64,000 nucleotides of DNA from Ginglymostoma cirratum (taxonomy: Eukaryota). Positions 26,680 to 38,600 of the stretch are shown here, piece by piece. Position 1 is the first letter of the stretch. Each line of letters starts with the position of its first letter. The stretch spans positions 21,647,451-21,711,450 of the forward strand of contig JAHRHZ010000140.1 of NCBI GenBank assembly GCA_024137785.1. The letters are read 5' to 3'. The position numbers and the translations under genes were made by a program. Below the pieces are notes generated by a model that was given only the letters and a program-made list of their open reading frames with translations, searched no databases and was not told the origin of the DNA.

Positions 26680-27780
26680 GCTGAGGATGATGACTTCTCT
26701 CCCTTCAATCAAGTTTCCCTGCTTAGCTACATCTTCAATCACTTGCTTCTGCACTATTGCTGCGATGGTATTATGGCACTTACCAAACTTATCAAGGCCT
26801 GCCCCAATGCTCCTCTAGCAATTTCTTCACCTTTCAAGGTTGTTCCACCCATTCTCACCTCTCAAGTAAATAATATTGTCTACCCCGCTCCCAGATCTCC
26901 ATTCCCTTTAGTCCAAAGAACAGAGACTTGCGAAGAAATAATAGACAATTTGCTTAGTCATTTGTTGCCAGGTCTGGTTGGATCTAAAAGCACTAATGCT
27001 TCATCTGCTAAAACTACCACCACTCCAAGATCATCCTGGAATGCAAATGAAACTATTAGGTTCTTTCTGCTACTGCAGATCATCACCTTAATCTCCTCAC
27101 CTTCAACAGTTTGATAATTCTCTGTCCTGATGTTGTTGCTCGCTCTAACCTGCAGTCACCACCCTATTCATCAAAACCCAATTCCTGACCCATCGATTAC
27201 TATTCTATCCCTTCCAAAGTCCTTGAATTTGATATTATTCAAATCCATCAAGAATTAGAATTAATCATATGCAAACGTACATCCAATATGCTGCTGTATT
27301 GCAGTCAAATTTCAAATTAATGTACATCTTTCCTGGCATACCATGTCTGAACAATTTCAGTTAGGTTTCAACCAAAGCTACAGTAACAGAACGGTTCCTT
27401 TCAAAACAGAATTCCATTCTTAACTGTTTAATTATTGCCAGACCATCCTATGCAATGGCTTCTTTTCTTATTCTCACACACTTGCCTCTAGCATCTTCCA
27501 TGCTTCAAGTCGGAGTTCCTTTCTACTTCTCAACCACATAATGTTCTTCAGCGACAACCAAAAGCACAGCAATTGTGTTTACATCCATACCTATAATATG
27601 CAGCTCTCTGGTGCACCACCATCTCTCATCTCTTCTACTGCTTGTGAATTATCAGGCTGCTTATCCGACATTCAGTTGAGCAGAAAATTCCTCCAATTTA
27701 ATATTGGGAAGACTTTTGCCATTATTTTTGGTTCCCATTCCAAACTCTATTCTCTAGTTACAGACTCCATCCATTTCTCT
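26680..27780 (+). mobile_element. Degraded L2-like LINE RT fragment
   Basis: tttcagttaggtttcaaccaaagctacagtaacaga (QxGFR-xHSTET-like) and tgcttatccgacattcag...ttcctccaatttaatattgggaagact (CLSDI...FLQLNxxKT-like). Confidence 0.65.
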
Positions 27781-30553
27781 TTTGTATCTGCTTGCAGTGA
27801 GATAGTTGAGATTAGACCAGTCTGTTCACAGAGACTCTTTCCCTATAATGTCAATCCAGACTGTCAGATTAAGTGACCAACGATGGGAATTAAGCAGGTA
27901 AAGGACTGAAGTACCATTGACGTTTCTGCTGGAGGCGTTTCCCCAGGAAACCACGGGGCAGGCCCAAAGCATCACCACTCCAATTAGCTCTCCAACCCTT
28001 CCAGATTTGCTGTCCCCATCAAGGCACTTCAATAGTGTACAATTGCTTCAAATACTTTTCATCAAATATATGCATAATTTACATCTTTTATTGAAGAAAA
28101 TATTGACCTAGCTCTATCAAAAGCTCAAAAAGGGCCACCTATTGTTTGAGTTTTAAATTTCTAAAAGCGACCTTGTAAAATAAACATGTTGGAATTGTAA
28201 TAAACTTGTTTGATTTGCATTTACTGAAGGCCAGTTTCCTGGGCTCAAAATCAGATGTCTCCATGTATCTCAAATTTAACACTTGAATCTCCAATCTAAA
28301 CGTTGCATTCATAAAAGTTAAACCCCCTAAACACAAGAACTACAGAATCAGATATTCACAACTATATGCTACAAGTCTTTAGAGTGAGTATTCCCAATGC
28401 TAGCATCATGACCCATCTGTACACTTACAGCTGCACCCATGGCATTACCCCAGCTCCTACTTTGTGCCCACAGGAGCTTTTGACTATGAAGCTTAAGGTG
28501 CAAAACTGAATAACCAAGGAATTTGAGTTTTCACATTTAACGTTAATAACACAAATTTTTAAAAGTTTATATTGTACCACCATACATCACACATTTTTCA
28601 TTAATTTTATTTCTACAGGGAAGAAAGGCAAACTGTCTATCCACAGATTATTCGCAAGAAACATAGAGCTGACTCAACCAATAAGAAAATAGAAAGCATT
28701 GCCCTTGCACAAACAGCAAAACCTTTATATACCATCTTTAACACTGAAAACATCCCAAGGAACATCACAGAAATGTAACCAAAAATAAATGAAGGTTGAA
28801 CCAAAAGAGCTATTGTACACACACACAGAGCTTGGCTCCACATAGTGACGGTGGCCACAAACATAGCTATTTTTAATACTAAAATGTAGAAAATGCAAAG
28901 CACAAAGTTCATGTAATCAGCAATGAAAATTATAAAACATACAAGTCGTACCAGTTCCAAATAAACTGAGCTCAAATGTTCAAATTAGCTTTTAAAATTA
29001 TGTCACAGGGCAGGTTGGAGCAGGCAAGAATTTACCTGGCCAAAGGAAAGGACAAACCTTAAAGAGTTTATTAATAAAGATGAGACAGGGAAGAAATAAT
29101 GAGTCCAACTGAGGGATCAACCTTTGGATTTTCCGCACTCTGGTAGTTGCTAGTTTTGATAAGTGCCCAGAAAGAGGTTTCATATTTAAAATACAAATAC
29201 CAGCTTGTGCAAATGAAAGTAAACCTATAACTCACTACAGGGTACTGTGAAGTCTGCCAGTTAGCTATCCCCATACAGTGGATTAGCAGTGCAGATACCC
29301 TGTTTAACCCAAATAGAAATTTATTCATAGTCAAATGGCATTGTCAGCACTGCAAGTTATTTACTTTAGTCTTACAAATTTTATAGACATTTTAATAAAT
29401 ATTATAGTTAACAAATGTAGAATTAGCTTCTGCTTCCATCTTTGGTACTCCATGTTGCTTTATTCAAAACTTATTTCTGTCTGTTCCCCTTCCCAATAAT
29501 CATTTCCAGGGTAAAGTTGGCTTCTGCTTTACTGCTCCTTACCTACAGTCATGTATAGTCAAGAAAACAGCAAATCGATACATTTCAAACCCCTGTATCA
29601 AGTGACGTCTAGCAGGTTTGCCCCTTCCCAGACAGGGGCCCCGACTTTTACAGAGTAAGAGATCACAAGCAAGAGTCCATAAGCGATGGAACAAATCAGT
29701 AAACTTCTCACATGTATGTTATGGAAAAACCTATAAGCAGCATAAAACATGAATTTTGCCATGAACTGAAGGACTGAAATCATGTGTTAAATATTACACA
29801 ATGCTGCCAGGTGTGTTTTTGATCGGGGAGCACGTAATGTAGGACAGCTGGCTACCTCAACACCTTCCCACCAATCCTCCAGCTCATTCTCATAATACAG
29901 AGTGAGAGTGGGTGCTGAAATTGCAAAGTAAGTAAATAATTAAGGATCAATCAAGATTGTTTAAAACTGAATGAACTTCAATATTACACTGTTCATGCCA
30001 CAAAAATTGATAGGGACAGGCAGATGGGTGGGGAAAACTTCATTGCCTAAAAACCCACCACCTTACCTGACTGTAGAAGTCATCGGGCCTCCTTTGTGGA
30101 TTTGCCTGCATTCCCAGCAGTGTCCACTATGGAGCTCTGGTGATGGGGAGGACATTCTTGCACTGTACGGCAGAAGTGCCATTTTGCACTAATTTAGCCC
30201 ACCCATGGTGATATATGGCTGTAGGGCACGCTTGTAGATTTGCTTCTTTTTTAAAAGCTGAGTAAGCAGTTCAGATTCCAAAAGCATGGCGGTTAATTTT
30301 TTTTTACTATTTCTTAATAGGCATATAAATACTTCACAGACCTCCTTCAATTTTCACAACAAATTCTGTGCATTCCTTGATATGCAATTTAATAAAAAGA
30401 AACACAGAATATTTGCAAATACCACCAGCAAGTATCCAAATGGAAAACTTTTATGTTTGAAGCTGAACCAATAACAATTTAATATTTACAATCCACCTAA
30501 ATGTGGTAGCAGCAGGAACAATACCTGTCATAAAATGAAATCTGAAAAGTTTA

Positions 30554-30720
30554 AGATAACAAGGTGTAGAGCTGGATGAACACAGAGAATTTTCTGAAGA
30601 AGGGTCTAGGCCAGAAACGTCAGCCTTCCTGCTCCTCTGATGCTGTATGGCCTGCTGCGTTCATCCAGCTCTACGCCTTGTTATTTCAGATTCTCCAGCA
30701 TCTGCAGTTCCTGCTATCTC
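30554..30720 (+). mobile_element. Short Penelope-derived inverted-repeat element with hammerhead core and TSD
   Basis: Arms 30554-30585 and 30655-30686. CTGAAGA-A-GGGTCTAGGCCA-GAAACGTC at 30594-30621. Flanking duplication tctgaaaagttta at 30541-30553 and 30719-30731. Confidence 0.8.
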
Positions 30721-30994
30721 TGAAAAGTTTACTTGTCCACCAGAAAGTCATTCAGGCCTGGCAAAATTACATGTGCAACATTCAAGCAAAGAATGTACAA
30801 TTTGTAAATTCAATTCCACTGCTCTTGTGTATCATTGAGAAATTATACCACAAAAACAAAATGTAACACTATGTAGTTCTGATTGAGACATGGATCTTCG
30901 CTAAATGCCTTTTACGAAAAACAAAGGGCAGAAGAATTTCGAACCCTATAATCCTAGAAATGAGATCAGTGGGAAGTTTTTTTTTTCCACCTAC

Positions 30995-31127
30995 CTGTTT
31001 TGGGGTCCACATCTGCTGGTAAGTGTGGTGGAGGGTTACCTGGTGTGAAGTGTTCATTACTGTATGTTATCAGTGGTGTTAACGGGTGGACATGATGGGG
31101 ATGTTGCACAACGGGTACTTTATTAGA
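30995..31127 (-). CDS. TCF7L2: TCF7L2 internal coding exon (133 nt; [45 protein letters not shown]), phase 0 to 1
   Basis: Manual translation of the minus strand. Acceptor cttcttttgacag|TCT, donor ACAG|gtaggt. Peptide matches human TCF7L2 as recalled; TCF7L1 differs here (HHMHP, NDHFSPGSPP). Confidence 0.97.
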
Positions 31128-34100
31128 CTGTCAAAAGAAGGACAAAAAGAAAGTGAGTGAGACAACAGCAACCAACCAATGAACCATAACTTAGACTAAC
31201 AGCATTGAGCTGAAGGGGGCCTCCAACTGGGAACACATGAACATATTAAGTGTTGCCAAAAATCAGAGGCCTACATTACATGATGAATGGTTCTGGGTCA
31301 GATCTTATTTTGATACATGTCATCTCTCTTCTATCAATTTAGGTGAATTGTAACAAAGGAGATTAATTTAAATCACTCTGTATTAAAACAACCATATCTG
31401 CTGCTATTTATCAATCAGGTTTTGGGTACTTAGCAAACGTCCAAATTCCATTAAGTCAACATCCATGAGAAAACTGCATTAACTATGAACCAGCTTGGAG
31501 TAGCAGAGAAATTATGAAAAATACAAACCTAATTGGGTTGTAATGATAAACCAATGTGATCATAATGAAAGAGATGTTTTGCTTTTACCTGGTATGTTTA
31601 GTTCAACAAAAATATGACCTCGATTTTTTTTTTTGACCATTTTATCATTTTATTGCCTCTAATTCAATTCATCAATGAACCGTCAAAACCATTACGGCCC
31701 AAAAGACAATTGTAAACAGGAAAAACATTTATTTTAATAAAAGCACATTTTGATTAATACCATATCAAAAAATAAAATCAAAAGTATGATCAATTAGTTC
31801 AACACACGTTTTTACAAAAACCCTTGCGAGATGTTGCTGACAAAGATGGTATTTACGGCCCATATAAATTTGAAAATAAACTTCAGCCATGAACTTGAAG
31901 GAATATTTTCATCTAGGTCTTGTCAAATTAAAAAAAACAAGACAACTGGTTAGGTCATCAGGATAATTTTACTGAATTAAAGTGGTAAAACTTTTGTATA
32001 TTTTGACATACACATGAAACTAAGTATGTGATTTCATCTTTATTAACTATTTGATGAATGAAAAACTGAGTTTAAACAGTTGAAAGATTCACAGTAAAAT
32101 AAAAATCTGAAAGCATCCCAACGTCACAAATCATTTTAGGAAAAAGTGTTATCTATGTCCTACCATACCACCTCTAGGCATTCATGCCCACCAGGGACAT
32201 CTAGCAGCACTAAACCAGTATTGCATTTTTGCTTTAAAGGCTGACAAAAACATGTATCCTTGTAGTTTTTAAAAAAGCTTTTTGAAATGTGTGAAACCAT
32301 AACGTTAAGTCTAATTTCTGAAGCTACTTGCAAAATGTGTATTTTGAAAATCACAACTGATGTACAGAATATGCAGGGTTAATGGTTTAGATTTTTGTTA
32401 TATACAATAACCTAAAGATAATCATTAACAATGGGTGCCTCTAAGAAAAACAGATCTGCTTCCCATCGAAACAAATGAGAAGTAAAACCTTGAGTGCTAG
32501 CATGAAGATTTCATCATGATGCTACAAGGCAGTTTCAGCTGTGGAGTTGCAGCTGCTGGCTCTTTGCAAGAAGGCTCTGTTCACTAGCAGAGTAAGTCTC
32601 CTGTAAGTTCAGGCTTCGGAAAGAATTTGCTGCAGAATCTTGCGAGCAAACAGCAGGAGGCTACAGCTAGTTATTTACAGTCTACAGTGTCTCCTGTTTC
32701 TAATTGGCGCCTGCTATTGTTGTAATGAGTTTATATGAGACATGGACAATATAGAATAGATCATGATTCAGTTGCTTCCCCTTTATAAATGTTTTGAAAG
32801 TACCATCTCATCATCAACAAACTAATTTCAATTGCACTGAAACATTTATTAACAAAAAACCAATTTGGACAAATATAATCTGACTTCAATCCATCTTATT
32901 TTAGAGATTGCTTTGATTCTGCCTAAATTCTCTTCAAAACCTATTTATTACTCAAAAGTTAATATTTCCAGCCAGGATGGTCACGAGTACCATCAATTCA
33001 ACATGCATTAAAACATGGGAAATTGCAGTGAGAACATTATCTCCTCTGCAATGATCACCGGTCTAATACAGCCTCAAATAAATATTTTCTCAAAGTAGGC
33101 ACAGGAAAATAATCTCAGTCATTGAGCTTTCTCAGCCGTGTTACGGCCTGATCTGATGCAGCCTTTGAACCACACCCTTTGCTGCAATTTGGAAACTGAT
33201 GATTCAACTCTCTTTTGAATGGTTTGTCCAGGTTCAAAAATCGACTGGTCAGATCGAGAGGTACAATTTTAACCCGAGTTCAACTCATGCACCATTTTGA
33301 GCATGTAAATGATGGACCTGGTTACGTTTTTTGGCCTGCAATAGTTCTCCACATCCACCTCATCATTTACTTTCATTATTTCAAATGTTTGGATATTATC
33401 CAGTTCTATCTCTCTATTCTGGTAGAAATTAAGCTTTAGTCTCTGGTCATGGCGCTTTGACCTTAAAAATGTAAATGTACAATATTTCCCATCACACCAA
33501 CATTTCTGTTGAGTCATAGTGGCCACGTCTGTACACAACCGCACTGGCTACAGGAGTCCCCAGTGAGTTTGTACAAATCTCAATCACATTTCACTGGGCA
33601 CAAATCTACAGCAAGAGACTACCCATATGTGGCACTAAATAATCAGCCTCATCCACAGAATCCATTGGGATGGTTGACATGAAAAGTCAGAATTACATCG
33701 AAGTGGAAGTAGGGAACATTGTGAATTTTGGATTATAGATGCTTTCTAGGATGCAGAGTTATATTTGTCTTGAAATTGCCTGATATTAAGATGATACGAG
33801 TCCATAAAATTTACAGAAGATATAAATCAAATAATCTCCTGAAAGAATAATTTAAACCTAAGATAATAAAATAGTAGTCAACTTCAGAATCTTTATTTTC
33901 AGGTGATTTAACAGTGACTAAGGAGCAGGAAAATAAACCTAAGAGCACCGAAAATGAGGGAGAGGAAAATTAAGAAAGAGGGATCAAAAATAAAGGACAA
34001 AAGAACGAAGGAATTAAAGAAACGTCCCTTTCCAAATAAAGGTGTAGTTACATGATTTACATTTACTTTAAAAGAGTTTAAAACTGCTTACCAGATGACA

Positions 34101-35004
34101 GCCTAACTCATGAAACACAGCAAACAACCAGTTTACATTTTGTCCAAATGCACATTGCATCATGTGACACTGCAAGCCAGTTGACTAGTGCTCCCAAATG
34201 GATTGAGTTCAGTCACCCTTTAAAACCCATGCAGTAACAAAGCATTTAGGTGCTACAAGCAACTCGTAGAGGGCTCTGAATAATTTTTGGTGAAAGGCAG
34301 TTATCATCCACAACACAGTGCAACTCTTCAGATCAGACCATCCATTGAACAAGGTCTAGCATGAAAGATAGGATTACAATGTAGCAGTATGACCAGAAAT
34401 AAAAAATTCCTTGACAGCAAATACTGAAAAATGAGAGAATTAATTATGCTTAGAGCACATTTTATATATTCTTAACAAACCTCAAACAGCATGATTGTAT
34501 CTCAACAAAATGTACATTTATCAAATGGATATAATGGTGGGAGACTTAATTCAATCCATTAACTTCTAAACTGAAGTAACCAGATGCCAAATTAGAAAAA
34601 TTAAGGTACTTTATATGTAAATTAGTAAAATATATTTCGAACTTCAAAGCATTTTAGTGATCTTTTGTGTACTTCTACGTCTGTCAGGAAATATTTGCAT
34701 TGACTATATTTTGGTGTCAGTAAAAATTCTGAAGAGCAAGAATATGGGCAATGTTTAAAATAAATGTTTAGGTTGAATTTAGAACACAGCCAACTTCCAA
34801 CAACATGCAAAAGGAGAAAAGTGTGCTTAACCACAGAGCTTACAGCAGCTAAATATGTAGAGTTCAAATGACAATACTAACAGTTAGTAACTTCAGTTAT
34901 TTTAATTCCATTCCTTGATAGAGATTCCTAAACTGGTCATTAGCACATACACTTACGTCCTAATCACATTGCAGCAGCTGAATTCAGTAATACTACTCAA
35001 CTCA

Positions 35005-35600
35005 GAGATAAAAGGTACTGCAGATGCTGGAGAATCCGAGATAACAATGCGTGGGGCTGGATGAACACAGCAGGCCAAGCAGCAGCATAGGAGCAGGAAA
35101 GCTTGACGTTNNNNNNNNNNNNNNNNNNNNNNNNNNNNNNNNNNNNNNNNNNNNNNNNNNNNNNNNNNNNNNNNNNNNNNNNNNNNNNNNNNNNNNNNNN
35201 NNNNNNNNNNNNNNNNNNNNNNNNNNNNNNNNNNNNNNNNNNNNNNNNNNNNNNNNNNNNNNNNNNNNNNNNNNNNNNNNNNNNNNNNNNNNNNNNNNNN
35301 NNNNNNNNNNNNNNNNNNNNNNNNNNNNNNNNNNNNNNNNNNNNNNNNNNNNNNNNNNNNNNNNNNNNNNNNNNNNNNNNNNNNNNNNNNNNNNNNNNNN
35401 NNNNNNNNNNNNNNNNNNNNNNNNNNNNNNNNNNNNNNNNNNNNNNNNNNNNNNNNNNNNNNNNNNNNNNNNNNNNNNNNNNNNNNNNNNNNNNNNNNNN
35501 NNNNNNNNNNGAAGGGTCTAGGCCCGAAACGTCAAGCTTTCCTGCTCCTATGCTGCTGCTTGGCCTGCTGTGTTCATCCAGCCCCTCGCATTGTTATCTC
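35005..35600. mobile_element. Young Penelope-derived inverted-repeat element spanning the assembly gap
   Basis: 73-bp arms 35038-35110 and 35528-35600 with one mismatch. Perfect 15-bp TSD atactactcaactca at 34990-35004 and 35601-35615. Partial hammerhead gaa-GGGTCTAGGCCC-GAAACGTC. Confidence 0.85.
35111..35510. other. Assembly gap (400 N)
   Basis: Run of n characters. Confidence 1.
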
Positions 35601-38600
35601 ATACTACTCAACTCATTTGTTTTTAACCAGAAGTAACTTATGTAAATTGAAAATACTCTGCACGTGAAAAATGGCATCATGCAATTCTTAAAGCTTTCAA
35701 ATTTTTTCTTTCAGGAACACCTCAAAAGAAAATACTGAACACATTTTATTGCAAAGAAGAAGCATTGCTGCCTTATCTGTGGGATTTTTTTCTTTAAAAA
35801 GCAATGAAGTACATCAGCTTGATATGTAGTTCATTTATACAGCTTTGGTATTACAAGTTATTTTTAATATTACCTACCAACTTGTAATGTAAGTGAAAGG
35901 AACAATTGTATTCTGTTTATTTCTGTAAGTAACCCTGACTAGTTGAAGAGGGAGTTGAAGATGTAATTTTGAAACAAAAACCTTTCATACTTTATTTACC
36001 AATTTCAACTTGTATAAACCAAAGATAGTCACAATGACTTTTCATTCACTGGGCACTTGCCCTGCTCAAAACATATCTCAAAGTAGAAGCATGATAATAC
36101 CAGAGATATAGACCTACGAGAAAGACAGGACTATTTTCACTGAATGTACCAAATTCAGTTTCATTTCATTAGGCTTCTAGTGATTAGAAATCAATTTCTG
36201 CATGTGTCTGTGCTGCCAGTGGAAACCACAAGCCAATGGCCTTGTATGTAGGTCACACCTGTATGGGCACAGACACAAGCATAAAGTGCATGGCTTTGAG
36301 CCAGATTTTATAGTACTGCTCTCTAATGCTCATATAAACAGTCTTTCACTTTCCACTCCTTCCTCACTGATTTCACCAGTTTCACATACTCCCAGCCATG
36401 GAGATCATGTCTATTTTTATCCTGATGGTAGAATTTTCTTCCTTAATTATGGTGACCATGAAACTATGTTCAGTGGGAACAGATATTAAAAAATCTTGTC
36501 ACTTTTCTCTATTTAAAACTGTGTTATTTAGGATTTACATGAAGGAGAGAGGATGTTAGAATATTAAGCTGTTGCCAAGGGAGGAAACAGAGGAAATGCC
36601 TGTAGGAAGTGGGACTGTCCTTCAAACAGTGGCAGTAGGCAGGCTGTGAAGGGAAACCCCTCCTCTTGGATCACTGCACAACACTTTACCCAGGAAACTC
36701 TAGAGTCAACCTCTGACCTTTCAAGTGTACTTAAGCGTCACATTCCAAAAAAGCTGCAGTGGAGATATTTCACTAGGGTGGACCCTACACAGTATTCACA
36801 ATCAGGAATGTGGCAGTCAATGATTAATTGAACAGTCGTAGTCCTTCCCCGCTTTACTTATTAAAAAAAAAAAGAGATTGGTAACCCGAGAGAAATGAAA
36901 GCTTGCCATTCACCTCTGATGTCATTAATCAAGAGACAGGCAAAACAAACTAGAGTTGTTGTGACCATCTTTCTACCCAGTCCCTTAGATTGAATGCACC
37001 CCTATTGCGTTCATTGCATTTCTGTGCAGCTGAAGAAAGATTGGGTCTGAAATGTGCATTTGTGCTCAATGTACAATAAAACAAAAGCAGCTACACAAGG
37101 GGGCTTGTCAGGCTGCCTTCCCCAGGCTAATTCTGGCAAGTCCAATGCGTTGCTTAAAATATTAGCCCTGAGCCTGGCTGTACCCAGACATGGTTTACTG
37201 GTTCCAAAGCTACTAATCTTAATGGTTTGCAACACTACGTTCTCTTATTCTGAAGGTCTGCACTGTATTAACTCCCTAATTGCTGGTCAATTCCAAATAA
37301 CTGCAATTTTTAAGAGAAGAGGTTTTGTTTTTTTTTGAAAAGAAAGACTATTAAGAGTTAAATTTTACAACTCTTCCCCACACGATAATTCTCCGTAAAC
37401 TGAACTTTGAAGGATTTCCTAAAGGGCAAAATTTAAATCCACGCTTTCATTCAACATTTTCTTCTCATTCTCACCCACCAAAAAAAAACTTTCACACCTG
37501 AGTAAGCATTTTCTTCCAAATCTACTATCCCTATTCTTATTTATACAGTGGTCTGAGCCCTTTCACAGTATTATACAGCTCATTTCTGGCCAAGGTCTTG
37601 CCCTTTGTTAACTGGCCATTGTTTCCAAGGACAAGGCCTTCATTGACTAGTAAAACTCTCCTGTTCAGAAAGAGGCCTCTCTTCTCCAACGAACGATGAC
37701 AGGACCACTGACACAACAGCATACAAGACAATACTGCATGACCAGGCAGCACAAAACCTCTTCAGAATGCTCTCACATATTTCCATGCTGTTCCAGCTGT
37801 CAAGAAAGACAGACAACTTTCTGGCCACCCAATTGTCACAATTGTGTAAGCAAAATCAAATTAAAATCCAGCTTCAGGCCTGACTATCAATTAGTAGAGA
37901 TCTACTACTATTAAATGTATTTTTTTACATTAAACAATTAATTGTTCAGCGAGACTATGTCTCTGCATATTTTGGGAGCAGGAAGATTTTTTTGCATTTC
38001 AGTGGAACAGTCTCCTTTCTGGTGGCACCTTCAGTCAACGACAGCATTTTCTCAAAAACTTTCCCACTCAACATTCATCAAAGTGTTGTTACAATTTCAA
38101 AAGACAAATTCACAAATGTGTCAGAACTATATGTTCTAAAGTAAAGCAACCACAATTAATTATTTGCAGTATTACTGCAACTCTATGCAAGTATCTGAAA
38201 TTGGGTACTTATTCGTACAAGCCTGTAAAATAAGAAGAAAGATCACAGTTTGGATGATTTTCTCAATAATCAACTTCTGGATCTTACAGTAAAGTAAATG
38301 CACTGTGGAAGAAATAAAGAGCTCTTGTTTGGAAAGGGAGGCGATGGGGGTGGGGAAGAATGCCACTCTTAAATATTCGTCTGGGATTCAACTTGTATTG
38401 TAAAAGAATAATTAAGACTACAAGACAAAAACAGAGAACAAAAGACCACAAATGAAGAAGTAACTTACGAAAAAAATAGATTGACATGTGATCACAGCAT
38501 GTTATAGCACATTAGCTACTGCTCAAGAACACTGGAGTTTCCGCAATTGCAAAATACATTCCATTGCAAACGCAGTTACTTACTAAAAGGAGTCCTTTAT

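Noticed and set aside
35051-35636. Long ORFs of 156 and 177 aa in the track
   Set aside because: They are artefacts of translating through the 400-N gap.
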